A stretch of DNA of 64,000 bases, from IMG/VR virus record IMGVR_UViG_3300042879_006196, positions 1 through 64,000 of that record. One strand, 5' to 3'. Positions 47,319-56,968 of this stretch are shown here, in pieces. Every line of letters begins with the position of its first letter. Within the stretch, counting starts at the first letter, position 1. A program made the position numbers and the translations under genes. Below the pieces are notes generated by a model. That model did not search any database, was not told where the DNA came from, and was given only the letters and a program-made list of their open reading frames with translations.

Positions 47319-47603
47319 ATGTTAGATTACAAAACTAGAGAAGAAATTGAAAAAATTAATGCCGACACTTCCTTGGATACTCCAAAATCATTTGCTCCAT
47401 TTTTGAAAGCTGATTTGAATGGTTATAGTACCAACAGCTTAAGGTTTGCTACAGTTAAAGAATGTGACGAATTTTTGAGTGATTGTGCTTCTCGGTGGAC
47501 ATTAGTTCTGGATACAATTTCTTGTGTATCCTCAGATGAACCTAATTATATGTTCACTGAAGGTGAATTGAAAGAGTTAAATGAGGTTGGTGAAGATGCC
47601 TAA
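47319..47603 (+). CDS. Hypothetical protein
   Basis: Cassette ORF. Confidence 0.7.
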   Translation: MLDYKTREEIEKINADTSLDTPKSFAPFLKADLNGYSTNSLRFATVKECDEFLSDCASRWTLVLDTISCVSSDEPNYMFTEGELKELNEVGEDA

Positions 47604-47824
47604 TCCAAATTCCAGACCATGTGTGTTAAGATTTACTCATAATGGGCATAGCTATCAAATTGAATACCCAAGCATCCAGCAAGGGCAAAAAGCTATGCAG
47701 AGTTGGTTAAAGAAAAGCAAAATTGAAAACGTAAAGATTGTGGTGACCAGATAAAGCCAAATCCCCCTCCAAAGGGGAGGCAGACTGTTTTTTCCAGGTT
47801 TAACATTTCGAGATTATAATAGGT

Positions 47825-48016
47825 ATGAAACAAAAATATAGAGTGGTTCTTAGTACAATGGCTTATATGTCGCAAACTTTGGTAGTAGAAGCTGATTCAG
47901 AGAGTGATGCTGAAGATATTGTTTACGATAACGAGCTTTGGAATGACGGTGTATGGGAATACAATGGTATTACTTCTCAAACACCTGAATTAAATTATGT
48001 TGAGGAGGATAATTGA
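47825..48016 (+). CDS. KVRV...ELWNDGVW family protein
   Basis: Paralogue of 1..207. Confidence 0.7.
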   Translation: MKQKYRVVLSTMAYMSQTLVVEADSESDAEDIVYDNELWNDGVWEYNGITSQTPELNYVEEDN

Positions 48017-48184
48017 AACACAAAGTAAGAGTTACTGGTTGGGCTTATGTTGAGCAATACATAGAAGTGAATGCGGAAACCGAGGATGAAGCAGTGGATA
48101 AAGTAGAAAAAGCAGAGCTTTGGAATGATGGTGTTTGGAACTACATTCAGCTTGACGATATTGATTGTGTGGAGGTGGAGAAAT
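48013..48184 (+). CDS. KVRV...ELWNDGVW family protein (TTG start; end approximate)
   Basis: LKHKVRVTGWAYVEQYIEV.AETEDEA...ELWNDGVW; GAGGAGG Shine-Dalgarno. Confidence 0.65.
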
Positions 48185-48359
48185 GAAATTCATTGTTGAG
48201 ATAGGTGACGAGGTTGTTGCTGATTTACTTGGAATTGATCATCTAACACCTGAAGAGATAGAAAAATGTTTAAGTGATAGATATGATGAAATTGATGAGG
48301 TTATTCAAACAGGTTGCGACCAAGCATTAGAGATGTACTTTGATGAAGTGAAAGGATAG
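48183..48359 (+). CDS. Acidic hypothetical protein
   Basis: GGAG Shine-Dalgarno and overlap with the upstream ORF. Confidence 0.6.
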   Translation: MKFIVEIGDEVVADLLGIDHLTPEEIEKCLSDRYDEIDEVIQTGCDQALEMYFDEVKG

Positions 48360-48428
48360 TTTCAATCCCCCTCCAAAGGGGAGGCAGACTGTTTTTTCCA
48401 GGTTTAACATTTCGAGATTATAATAGAT

Positions 48429-48632
48429 ATGAAACACAAAGTAAGAGTTACAGGGTGGGGTTATATAGAAAAATACATCGAAGTGGAATCAGAATCCGAA
48501 GAGGAGGCAGTGGAGAAAGTAGAAAGTGGCAAGTTCGATGGAGTGTTCCAACTTTGGAATGGTGGAACTTGGAAATGTATTATACTTGAAAAAATTGATG
48601 TCGTTGAGGTGGAAGATGCTGTTAAAGATTAA
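48429..48632 (+). CDS. KVRV family protein
   Basis: MKHKVRVTGWGYIEKYIEVESESEEEA. Confidence 0.7.
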   Translation: MKHKVRVTGWGYIEKYIEVESESEEEAVEKVESGKFDGVFQLWNGGTWKCIILEKIDVVEVEDAVKD

Positions 48633-48846
48633 AACCGCCACCACCTACGACGATGCTCATGAGTTTTTGCAGTGCTGGGGTATTGAGAATCCAGAATCTT
48701 ATGGCATAAATAAAATCTTTTCTTTTGATGATTACGAGTTTGAACTATCTGATTTGGAAATAATTGAAAAGATTCTTGATTTGTGGATTGGGAAGTTTTC
48801 AGTACTTCATAGTGAGATTGGGTATGTGGTTACGGAATTTGAATAA
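48616..48846 (+). CDS. Hypothetical protein
   Basis: GAGGTG Shine-Dalgarno; overlapping ORF. Confidence 0.6.
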   Translation: MLLKIKTATTYDDAHEFLQCWGIENPESYGINKIFSFDDYEFELSDLEIIEKILDLWIGKFSVLHSEIGYVVTEFE

Positions 48847-48945
48847 TCCCCCTCCAAAGGGGAGGCAGACTGTTTTTTCCAGGTTTAACATATTATTTTT
48901 ATAATACAAGGAAGATTCAATTTAGATTGTGTATAATTAAAGAGT

Positions 48946-49021
48946 GGCTCATAGGACAACTGGTGGAGTCGCCGCCCTGTCACGGCGGAGATGGAGGGTT
49001 CAATGCCCTCATGGGTCGCCA
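48946..49021 (+). tRNA. trnD: tRNA-Asp(GUC)
   Basis: CCGCC-CTGTCAC-GGCGG anticodon arm, T-arm, CCA. Confidence 0.9.
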
Positions 49022-49027
49022 ACATAC

Positions 49028-49102
49028 TGACACCTAGCTCAACGGTAGAGCTTTTCGCTGTTAACGAAGGGGTTATAGGTTCGAATCCTATGGTGTCAGC
49101 CA
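49028..49102 (+). tRNA. trnN: tRNA-Asn(GUU)
   Basis: TGACACC/GGTGTCA acceptor stem, CTGTTAA loop, GGTTCGAATCC, CCA. Confidence 0.92.
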
Positions 49103-49105
49103 TAA

Positions 49106-49180
49106 GCTGGATTAGCTCAGCGATAGAGCAACCGCCTTGTAAGCGGTAGGTCAAGAGTTTGAATCTCTTATCCAGCTCCA
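49106..49180 (+). tRNA. trnT: tRNA-Thr(UGU)
   Basis: GCTGGAT/ATCCAGC acceptor stem, ACCGC-CTTGTAA-GCGGT, CCA; atypical TTTGAAT T-loop. Confidence 0.88.
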
Positions 49181-49235
49181 CATCCACACAATCTCACCAA
49201 TTTTCCAGGTTTAACACAATCTGATTATAATAGAT

Positions 49236-49940
49236 ATGGAAATCATTTACACAGCTACTGTTGGTTCTAAAATGCATGGTTTGTCAACACCACAATCTGA
49301 CGAAGACACCAGATACATTTACAAACTCTCTCTCAGAGAAGTGATTTCACCATTTGCCACCGATAGAACTAAAACCACTTCTTCCAATGGCGAAGATACC
49401 GAATCTTGGGAGCTAAGAAACTTTGTTAAGCATCTTACCTCAGGCAATCCTACAATGTATGAAGTAATTAAATCACCATTGTATAAAAAAGATGGTGATT
49501 CTGAATTGCTCAGAATAATTCCTAACTATGCTTTTGATGGAAGAAAGATTTTATTGGCTCACATTGGTTATGCTGAGGCACAACTAAAAAGATACTTGAG
49601 AAACTTTAAGCAACCAGCTGAGGCTAACACATTGAAAAGAATACCTAAATCAATTGTTGCCGCTTATAGAGTATTAGCACAGGCTGACCAGCTTCTTAAT
49701 ACAGGAACATTTGAGCCTGTAATAAAAGACTACTCACAATCTTTACATGATAAGCTGATGACAATCAAGTTGATGTCCACTGACGACATCACTTTAGATT
49801 TTGTCAAAGAACATGAGTTAGGTATTGAAAAAGGTATTCAAGATTTGAAGACTATGTTTGAGGATTTGCCAAGTTCAATAAAAGATAAAAAGCCAGATAT
49901 TGATGCCTTAGAGTTACTGCTCATGCAGTTTTACAAGTGA
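49236..49940 (+). CDS. Pol-beta-superfamily nucleotidyltransferase
   Basis: GS..HGL.TP.SD.D.R, D....EL..F...L..GNP...E. Confidence 0.8.
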   Translation: MEIIYTATVGSKMHGLSTPQSDEDTRYIYKLSLREVISPFATDRTKTTSSNGEDTESWELRNFVKHLTSGNPTMYEVIKSPLYKKDGDSELLRIIPNYAFDGRKILLAHIGYAEAQLKRYLRNFKQPAEANTLKRIPKSIVAAYRVLAQADQLLNTGTFEPVIKDYSQSLHDKLMTIKLMSTDDITLDFVKEHELGIEKGIQDLKTMFEDLPSSIKDKKPDIDALELLLMQFYK

Positions 49941-50002
49941 CCCCCTCCAAAGGGGAGGCAGATCGTTTTTTCCAGGTTTAACATAATCTGATTATAATAG
50001 AT

Positions 50003-50245
50003 ATGGATATCAACAACAAGGAGTATATCGAAGATTTAACCTCAATCCGCACAGCTTTTTCTAGTATTTTGTCTGAACTCAAGACTTCGGAAGTCAGAAA
50101 AAAAATCGAATTAAACATTGCTGAACTTACTTTTGCAATTAAAATCTCAGAAATTGAATCTGAAGTTGATGATGAAGAACTGTCAAATGAAGGAGTTCAA
50201 GATTCATTGATAAATGATATTTCTAGTTGTAGTGGTGAAATTTGA
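50003..50245 (+). CDS. Hypothetical protein
   Basis: Cassette ORF. Confidence 0.65.
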   Translation: MDINNKEYIEDLTSIRTAFSSILSELKTSEVRKKIELNIAELTFAIKISEIESEVDDEELSNEGVQDSLINDISSCSGEI

Positions 50246-50442
50246 GGCAACATTTAGAAAATCACATGATTCATGGAATCAATATTGAAGTAGATTGTGT
50301 AGATGATGGAGATGATACTTATTATGAGCTGTACGATGGCGACGATTGTATCAATCTTGGTGTTCCTTTCTATGAAAAGCCCACAGAGACACAAATCAAA
50401 GAATTTTTGATTAAAGAAAAAATTTTGCAAGACCATGTTTAA
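50242..50442 (+). CDS. Hypothetical protein (TTG start)
   Basis: TTGA overlap. Confidence 0.6.
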   Translation: MRQHLENHMIHGINIEVDCVDDGDDTYYELYDGDDCINLGVPFYEKPTETQIKEFLIKEKILQDHV

Positions 50443-50508
50443 TTCTCCCCCTCCAAAGGGGAGTCAGATTGTGTTTTCCAGGTTTAACACAATCTGATTA
50501 TAATAGAT

Positions 50509-50784
50509 ATGAGTCACGATTTAACATCATTACTTATGTGTTGGTTTGACACAGGTACTTTGGATTTTTTGATTATTGATAAAAAAGAAATTTTTGATAC
50601 AACTTTTATTGATATTATCTTTGAAAAAAGAAATTATTTTGAAGATTTTCTAAAATGTGTAAATGGACAGATACCTTCGTGGCTTGAAGACGACCACAAT
50701 ATCTTTGACATTAAACCTTTTGTTGAAGACATATCTTATTCTGATATGATTGTTAGGCTCAAGGCTGGAGGATTGCATCTTTAA
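50509..50784 (+). CDS. Hypothetical protein
   Basis: Cassette ORF. Confidence 0.7.
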   Translation: MSHDLTSLLMCWFDTGTLDFLIIDKKEIFDTTFIDIIFEKRNYFEDFLKCVNGQIPSWLEDDHNIFDIKPFVEDISYSDMIVRLKAGGLHL

Positions 50785-50847
50785 TTCCCCTCCAAAGGGG
50801 AGTCAGATTGTGTTTTCCAGGTTTAACACAATCTGATTATAATAGAT

Positions 50848-51129
50848 ATGATTCAGGAAGAAAAGAATAACAGCGAAAAATTTCCAATCCACATATCAGA
50901 CATGCCTTACTGGTCAGGCATGCCTTACTGGATAACAGTTTTTGGGAAAGTTATAGGAGAAGCTGTTTACATTGAAGTTCACAGCAGTGTACACAAAACC
51001 AAGGTCTGGACAATGCCAACTGGATTCCAAATTGAATACTGGAATGATTACAACAAAACAGCTATGCAAGATATTTTAACTAAAATTGTTGAAAGATATG
51101 GCTTGGTACAAGTGACCCGCTGGGAATAA
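50848..51129 (+). CDS. Hypothetical protein
   Basis: Cassette ORF. Confidence 0.7.
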   Translation: MIQEEKNNSEKFPIHISDMPYWSGMPYWITVFGKVIGEAVYIEVHSSVHKTKVWTMPTGFQIEYWNDYNKTAMQDILTKIVERYGLVQVTRWE

Positions 51130-51279
51130 ATTTCAAACTCAATGAAACGAAGTGTTCACTAAAATAGCTATATTCACCACGGTGGTAAATATAGCACAAA
51201 CTGTGAACAGAGAGCAATCCCCTCATAACAATCTCAGCCCGTTTTTTTCCAGGTTTAACATAATCTGATTATAATAGAT

Positions 51280-51519
51280 ATGGAAAAGATTACCCTTAAC
51301 CTTCAAAACATTGAAGTAGTACTTACACCTGAAGAATTACAATCTTTCTTTTCTGGCGTTCTCAAGTCAGATTTGCATATGAACAATGATTCAGTTTATA
51401 AGCTATTAAAAGTGCTTGAGTATGCAAAGTACCCTGACCAAGAGTATGTACTTCTTAACCCAGAAGGTTGCTTTACAGGTAAGCAACTAGCCGAAAAGAA
51501 TGGTGTCAAGTTTGGATAA
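51280..51519 (+). CDS. Hypothetical protein
   Basis: Cassette ORF. Confidence 0.7.
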   Translation: MEKITLNLQNIEVVLTPEELQSFFSGVLKSDLHMNNDSVYKLLKVLEYAKYPDQEYVLLNPEGCFTGKQLAEKNGVKFG

Positions 51520-51693
51520 TCACGAAGATATTGATTACGAAGAATTATTTAATCTTAGCGAAGAAGAATTATTCTCTTTGATTCAAATTTGCGAAATTGG
51601 TTTATTAAGTATTTTTGCATGGGAATAACCCCCTCCAAAGGGGAGCCAGCCCGTTTTTTCCAGATTTAACAGATTGTGTTTATATTAGATTGT

Positions 51694-51975
51694 ATGATAG
51701 TTAAAACAAAAAACGTTTGGTTTTACAAAAGTTTGGAAGAGTTCCTAGAAGGTTGGTTAGAAGGTTGGTCATTTGACATTGCAATCGAAGACGAAAATGG
51801 CGTAATGCCTATGAGTAACATGAGCAGGAAAGAAATTTTTCAACACTTTGGTACTAACGATGAATTGGAAACTTTTGAAAATGTTCTTGAAAAAACTCCT
51901 GGTAAATATGCTGTGTCTGTACTTTTACCAGTTTCAAAAATGGAATTCATCATATTTCAACTAGATGAAGATTAA
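51694..51975 (+). CDS. Hypothetical protein
   Basis: Cassette ORF. Confidence 0.65.
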   Translation: MIVKTKNVWFYKSLEEFLEGWLEGWSFDIAIEDENGVMPMSNMSRKEIFQHFGTNDELETFENVLEKTPGKYAVSVLLPVSKMEFIIFQLDED

Positions 51976-52043
51976 GTATAACCCCCTCCAAAGGGGAGGC
52001 AGACTGTGTTTTCCAGGTTTAACATTTCCTGATTATAATAGAT

Positions 52044-52226
52044 ATGGACAGAAATGTATATGTAAACGTAACAACTCGTCTCGTCATTCGTTGTTCAGAA
52101 GGTGAGGACATCGCTCAAGTGTTAGCAAACATGGATTACAACTTCATTGCTAGTGGTTTTGATAATGCTGACATTTTTGAAACTGAAATCCTTGACTGGG
52201 AGATAGTTGACAGCAGATACGACTAA
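52044..52226 (+). CDS. Hypothetical protein
   Basis: Cassette ORF. Confidence 0.7.
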   Translation: MDRNVYVNVTTRLVIRCSEGEDIAQVLANMDYNFIASGFDNADIFETEILDWEIVDSRYD

Positions 52227-52243
52227 TAACAAGGAACACAACC

Positions 52244-52480
52244 ATGAAAGAGCCTTTAATAAAAAGAACATTGACCAATAAAAATGAACGCACTGTTGCT
52301 GAAAAAATTCACAAGGATGGCAGACTTGCATATGAACAAGGGTACTGTGAAAACGATAATCCTTATGAAAAATGCTCAGACATTTATTCATTGAAATGGG
52401 TAGCATGGAAAAACTGGGGAAATGGCTGGAGATTTGCTTTGGGGGCTAAGATGCGTTCTGAAAGGGTAGATAGCAAATGA
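52244..52480 (+). CDS. Hypothetical protein
   Basis: AAGGA Shine-Dalgarno; GY...ENDNPY...W..GW pattern. Confidence 0.65.
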   Translation: MKEPLIKRTLTNKNERTVAEKIHKDGRLAYEQGYCENDNPYEKCSDIYSLKWVAWKNWGNGWRFALGAKMRSERVDSK

Positions 52481-52695
52481 AACTCATAACAAGGGATCAC
52501 CCAGATTTCTACAAGTCACTGCCAAACTATGTTTTTATCAGCATAAATGCTGAGATTAACCAAGAAACCAATTTGCCTTTTGATGAAAATCAATACATGA
52601 TAGTTGATATGGATTGGGCATCAGATAATGGTGTTCCGCCTATTGATGATGATGGTTGTGACATGATACTTCATGCAATAGTGGTTAAAGAATAA
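52477..52695 (+). CDS. Hypothetical protein
   Basis: ATGA overlap. Confidence 0.65.
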   Translation: MKLITRDHPDFYKSLPNYVFISINAEINQETNLPFDENQYMIVDMDWASDNGVPPIDDDGCDMILHAIVVKE

Positions 52696-52762
52696 TCTTT
52701 CCCCCTCCAAAGGGGAGCCAGCCCGTTTTTTCCAGGTTTAACATAATCTGATTATAATAGAT

Positions 52763-53449
52763 ATGAAACTATTAGGAGTTAATTCTGACGCAAAAACAAC
52801 AAAAGGCACGAAATATGGTTACCTTACTGGGATTCTCTATCTCGCACCTGCGAAGCAATCAGGGTTTGAAGTCTGTCCTTCACGCTCAGTGGGTTGCACT
52901 GAGGCTTGTTTGTACACTAGCGGTCATGGTAGCTTTCAAAATGTTAAAGACGCACGAATAAGAAAAACACAATGGTTATTCAATGACCGACCAGGTTTTT
53001 TACAAGCTCTGCGGGCTGACGTGAAGGCACTTGTAAAGAAAGCTGAAAAACAAGGTTTAGTCCCATGCGTTAGGCTTAATGGGACATCTGACATAGGGTG
53101 GGAAGGTGTAGCGAATGACCTTATGGCTGAATTTAGTAACGTTCAATGGTATGATTATACTAAAATACAAGCCAGAATGATGCGATATCTTGAAGGTAAA
53201 ATGCCTAGCAATTATCATCTCACTTTTAGTAAGAGTGAAAACAATTGGGATAAATGTCTAGAGGTATTGAAACATGGCGGTAACGTAGCCGCAGTATTCA
53301 ATAAACTACCAGAAACATTCATGGGTTATGCCGTCATTGACGGCGATAAATCAGATCTACGCTTCCTAGACCCTTTTAACGTTATTGTGGGCTTAAAAGC
53401 CAAAGGAATGGCAAGAAAAGATAAATCTGGATTCGTAATAACAATTTAG
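52763..53449 (+). CDS. GP88-like Cys-rich phage protein
   Basis: LYLAPA...VCP..S.GC...CL..SG.G, AR..KT, RLNGTSDI.WE, YDYTK, D..DLRFLDP. Confidence 0.75.
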   Translation: MKLLGVNSDAKTTKGTKYGYLTGILYLAPAKQSGFEVCPSRSVGCTEACLYTSGHGSFQNVKDARIRKTQWLFNDRPGFLQALRADVKALVKKAEKQGLVPCVRLNGTSDIGWEGVANDLMAEFSNVQWYDYTKIQARMMRYLEGKMPSNYHLTFSKSENNWDKCLEVLKHGGNVAAVFNKLPETFMGYAVIDGDKSDLRFLDPFNVIVGLKAKGMARKDKSGFVITI

Positions 53450-53535
53450 TTCTGAATATGAAATTTATTCATTCCCCCTCCAAAGGGGCGGCAGCCCGTT
53501 TTTTCCAGGTTTAACATAATCTGATTATAATAGAT

Positions 53536-54111
53536 ATGACATTATTAGGAATTGACACAGAATCAGGGGGAATTTCATTAGATTATGACTTACTCACGCT
53601 TACTATGTGTATTATAAAGGATTATGAAATTGTAAGAACAATTGATATGAAATTAAAACCAGACCCTATTGATGGTCGTTCCTCATACTATGTTCAAGCT
53701 GAGGCTTTGGGAGTGAATGGCATTAACATTCCAGAACACGATTTGAAAGCTATGCCTTACAAAGAATCAAAACAATTTATTTATGATTGGCTCAAAGATG
53801 CTAAAAATGATTTTGGTAAACTTTTACCTTTTGGCAATGGTGTAAGCAGAGACATTCAACTCATCACTAAATTTACAATCTCACCAAAAACATGGGAGAC
53901 GGTTGTTATGAAAAATCCAATTGAGCTTACTTCTATTGGCAATAACCTTAAAATGCTAGGTCTGATACCTATGGAGCAATCCTTAGCACTTAGCAAAATT
54001 GCCTCATACTTTGGCGTAGAAATTGACGAAGAAAAAGTACACACTGCTGAATACGATGTTTGGCTAGGTACTCAAGTGTTGAAGCACTATAACCAATTGA
54101 TAACAAAATGA
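53536..54111 (+). CDS. DnaQ/DEDDh 3'-5' exonuclease
   Basis: GIDTE.GG (ExoI), AL.VNGI, HTAEYDV (ExoIII). Confidence 0.85.
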   Translation: MTLLGIDTESGGISLDYDLLTLTMCIIKDYEIVRTIDMKLKPDPIDGRSSYYVQAEALGVNGINIPEHDLKAMPYKESKQFIYDWLKDAKNDFGKLLPFGNGVSRDIQLITKFTISPKTWETVVMKNPIELTSIGNNLKMLGLIPMEQSLALSKIASYFGVEIDEEKVHTAEYDVWLGTQVLKHYNQLITK

Positions 54112-54343
54112 AAAAATTCAAACTAGGCGACAAATGCCGAATGAAAAATGATAGAATTAAACAACTAACTGATAAAGATTTAGTGGTTGTTAGTGTATGG
54201 GCTGGTAAGTATGAAATCTATACTGTAAGGTTAGATAAACATTACTACAATGTAATGGGTGATTGGCTGGCAACCATGTAATCCCCTCCAAAGGGGAGGC
54301 AGCCCGTTTTTTCCAGCTTTAACACAATCTGATTATAATAGAT

Positions 54344-54859
54344 GTGAAGGAAACATTTACAATCAAACTAGGAAACACCGCTCACCTTGCAGACCCTTGC
54401 TACACAACCGAAGACGATTACAACAATGGAGCAGGTACACACTTGTACACGCCTTGCGTGAGTGGAGATTGGGAAATCACTGTGCAAAAAAACGAGCGTG
54501 GCGAACTTGTTGTTTTACGAGGTCAATCGCCTGACGCATCACGCTCTAGCAATGTATGGTATTTTGCTTGGGTATTTTCTGGTCAGTTTGGCATCTTTGA
54601 TAGTACAATCTGGGATGATGTAAAAGAAGTGGATAATCCTGATAACTTCTTTGGCAAAGCTACTAACCTCACTCTCAGTGAACAAGGTTGCGGAGTAATT
54701 GATAACGCTGGTTTTGTAACTGGCACTCCTCATGATATCAGCACTTATAATTTAGTAAAATACTTTAACGCTGAAGGTGAGCTTACAGAATTTGAGCTTA
54801 CAGAATTTGAGCTTGTTTCTGCTGAAGAAGATGAAGAAGATGAAGATTTTTCTGATTGA
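54344..54859 (+). CDS. DUF4241-like protein (GTG start)
   Basis: LADPCY, SGQFGIFD; paralogue of 55406..55975. Confidence 0.65.
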   Translation: MKETFTIKLGNTAHLADPCYTTEDDYNNGAGTHLYTPCVSGDWEITVQKNERGELVVLRGQSPDASRSSNVWYFAWVFSGQFGIFDSTIWDDVKEVDNPDNFFGKATNLTLSEQGCGVIDNAGFVTGTPHDISTYNLVKYFNAEGELTEFELTEFELVSAEEDEEDEDFSD

Positions 54860-54946
54860 AAATTTAACCAAAGTCATTCAGTTTCCCCCTCCAAAGGGGA
54901 GGCAGATTGTGTTTTCCAGGTTTAACAATCTGAGAGTATAATAGAT

Positions 54947-55336
54947 ATGAAAACATATAAAGTATTAGTTTATAACACAAGTAGATATTTCCAATGGGTA
55001 TCAGTTCAAGCAAATTCAGAAGAAGAAGCCGAAGAAAAAGTAGAACTTCATGAGCTATGGGACAAAGATTCTTGGTTATTAGATAATGAACACTGTGAAG
55101 TAGATTATGTAGAGACAGAAGAAGAAGAAGTGGCAGTAGACTTGTCAGAAGCTACGCACGTTTGGATTAACGAGACTCTTCACAAGATAGATGATGGGAA
55201 AGGTGTTTTCAAATGGATTGTTGATGGGCAAACACTTGGTATTATAATCACAAATGGGTTTTTTGATTCAAGAATGCATACCAAAATTGATAAAACACTA
55301 TTTGCACTTTTGAGTATTCGACCAGTAAAACTTTAA
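54947..55336 (+). CDS. Hypothetical protein, paralogue of 40059..40475
   Basis: Shared N- and C-terminal motifs. Confidence 0.75.
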   Translation: MKTYKVLVYNTSRYFQWVSVQANSEEEAEEKVELHELWDKDSWLLDNEHCEVDYVETEEEEVAVDLSEATHVWINETLHKIDDGKGVFKWIVDGQTLGIIITNGFFDSRMHTKIDKTLFALLSIRPVKL

Positions 55337-55405
55337 TCCGCTAACCCCTCCAAAGGGGAGGCAGCCCGTTTTTTCCAGGTTTAACACAATCTGATTATAA
55401 TAGAT

Positions 55406-55975
55406 ATGGAACATTATTACACTTTCCAACTTGGCGAACTCGCTCATCTTTCAGACCCTTGCTACAGCACACAGGAAGATGGCAATTACTCAAAGTTCAA
55501 CCAACCTTGCCACCCTGGTCTTTGGGATGCAAAGGTTGCCCTAGATGACGGATGCGTGGTTTCGGTAGAATACTGCCATACTAACACCCTCTTGCTTCAC
55601 AAAGCTGAAATGCAAAACTTCCAAGTTGCGGTAGACAGTGGTCAATTTGGCATCTTTGATGCGAGCATTTGGGAAGATGAAAGCGATTTCGAAGCAAGTG
55701 GAAGTTTCTACAGAGAGTGTTGCGATGCCACTTTGAGTGGTTTCATGGTAAGTCCAATTTACAAACAGGAATATGGCAAATTAAGTGAATTTGGTTTCGG
55801 CTTTGTATCTCGCACAGGGTATGGCGATGGCTCATACAATGTAGAAGCCTACTATAATAATGGAAAACTTGTGAAAGCAAAAATTACTTTCATTGAGCAA
55901 GATGAAAATGATGATGATGACTACGATGAATCAGATTATGATTGGGAAGGAGACCCACTTCACTCTGGTTATTGA
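55406..55975 (+). CDS. DUF4241-like protein
   Basis: LSDPCY, VDSGQFGIFD, F.S.TGYGDGSY. Confidence 0.75.
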   Translation: MEHYYTFQLGELAHLSDPCYSTQEDGNYSKFNQPCHPGLWDAKVALDDGCVVSVEYCHTNTLLLHKAEMQNFQVAVDSGQFGIFDASIWEDESDFEASGSFYRECCDATLSGFMVSPIYKQEYGKLSEFGFGFVSRTGYGDGSYNVEAYYNNGKLVKAKITFIEQDENDDDDYDESDYDWEGDPLHSGY

Positions 55976-56041
55976 GTTTCCCCCTCCAAGGGGGAGCCAG
56001 ATCGTTTTTTCCAGCTTTAACACAATCTGATTATAATAGAT

Positions 56042-56365
56042 ATGGAATTGTTAAAAATTTACAATGATGACCCAGGATTTTTGGGCTCACCAAAACTCTG
56101 TGCTATATTTGAGTGCCTTGCAAGAATTCCTCAAGATAGTCGAGCGGTCAAGCCAACCATTGGTGGAATAAGTATCACTTCTGATGGGTTCATCATTGCT
56201 GACCAGAACTTTCTTGGCTCAGTAGAAGAACTTGAAACAAACTTGTATGGACTATGCGAACATTTTGGTATAGACACTTCAGAAGCTGACTTGTTGCTTT
56301 CTAACGCCTTAGACTGGAGGCAGGGTGGTAACGCTTACAGTGATGCAAGAATACTTTCTTTCTAA
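56042..56365 (+). CDS. Hypothetical protein
   Basis: Cassette ORF. Confidence 0.7.
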   Translation: MELLKIYNDDPGFLGSPKLCAIFECLARIPQDSRAVKPTIGGISITSDGFIIADQNFLGSVEELETNLYGLCEHFGIDTSEADLLLSNALDWRQGGNAYSDARILSF

Positions 56366-56439
56366 CAATTGCTCATCCCCCCTCCAAAGGGGAATCAGCC
56401 CGTTTTTTCCAGGTTTAACACAATCTGATTATAATAGAT

Positions 56440-56805
56440 ATGGAAAGTCTGTCTATCATTCAAATCAATCAAATCAAAGATTCACTTAACAGAATAGAAT
56501 CTAAGTTAGATGCTTTGTTGCAAAATACCACAATACCCTTGTCTACTTGCACATACAAAGATATTACAATTGAATGTCGTTATGTGACTGTGCCTTTTGA
56601 ATATGAGGATGGTGAAATCGAGGAAAACGAGTATACCGTGGTTTCAAATCCTATTGCAAAATTAATTTACTGGGGCATTGATAATGAAGAGCCTGAGGCT
56701 TTGGCATGGGATGAAGGTTGCTGGTTTTCTGTTAGCACTCATGAGCTAAAAACATTCACTGATGAAGACTTAATACAAATGATAAGAAAAATAAATTCAT
56801 ATTAA
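56440..56805 (+). CDS. Hypothetical protein
   Basis: Cassette ORF. Confidence 0.7.
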   Translation: MESLSIIQINQIKDSLNRIESKLDALLQNTTIPLSTCTYKDITIECRYVTVPFEYEDGEIEENEYTVVSNPIAKLIYWGIDNEEPEALAWDEGCWFSVSTHELKTFTDEDLIQMIRKINSY

Positions 56806-56828
56806 CATTTTTATCGTATAATAGGTTG

Positions 56829-56904
56829 GGGTGCATAACTCAATGGCTAGAGTAACTCGCTTTTAACGAGTAAGTTCTGGGTTCGAGTCCCAGTGCACCC
56901 ACCA
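56829..56904 (+). tRNA. trnK: tRNA-Lys(UUU)
   Basis: GGGTGCA/TGCACCC acceptor stem, ACTCG-CTTTTAA-CGAGT, GGTTCGAGTCC, CCA. Confidence 0.93.
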
Positions 56905-56968
56905 ATCCCCCTCCAAGAGGGCGGCAGATCGTTTTTTCCAGGTTTAACACAATCTGATTATAATAGAT

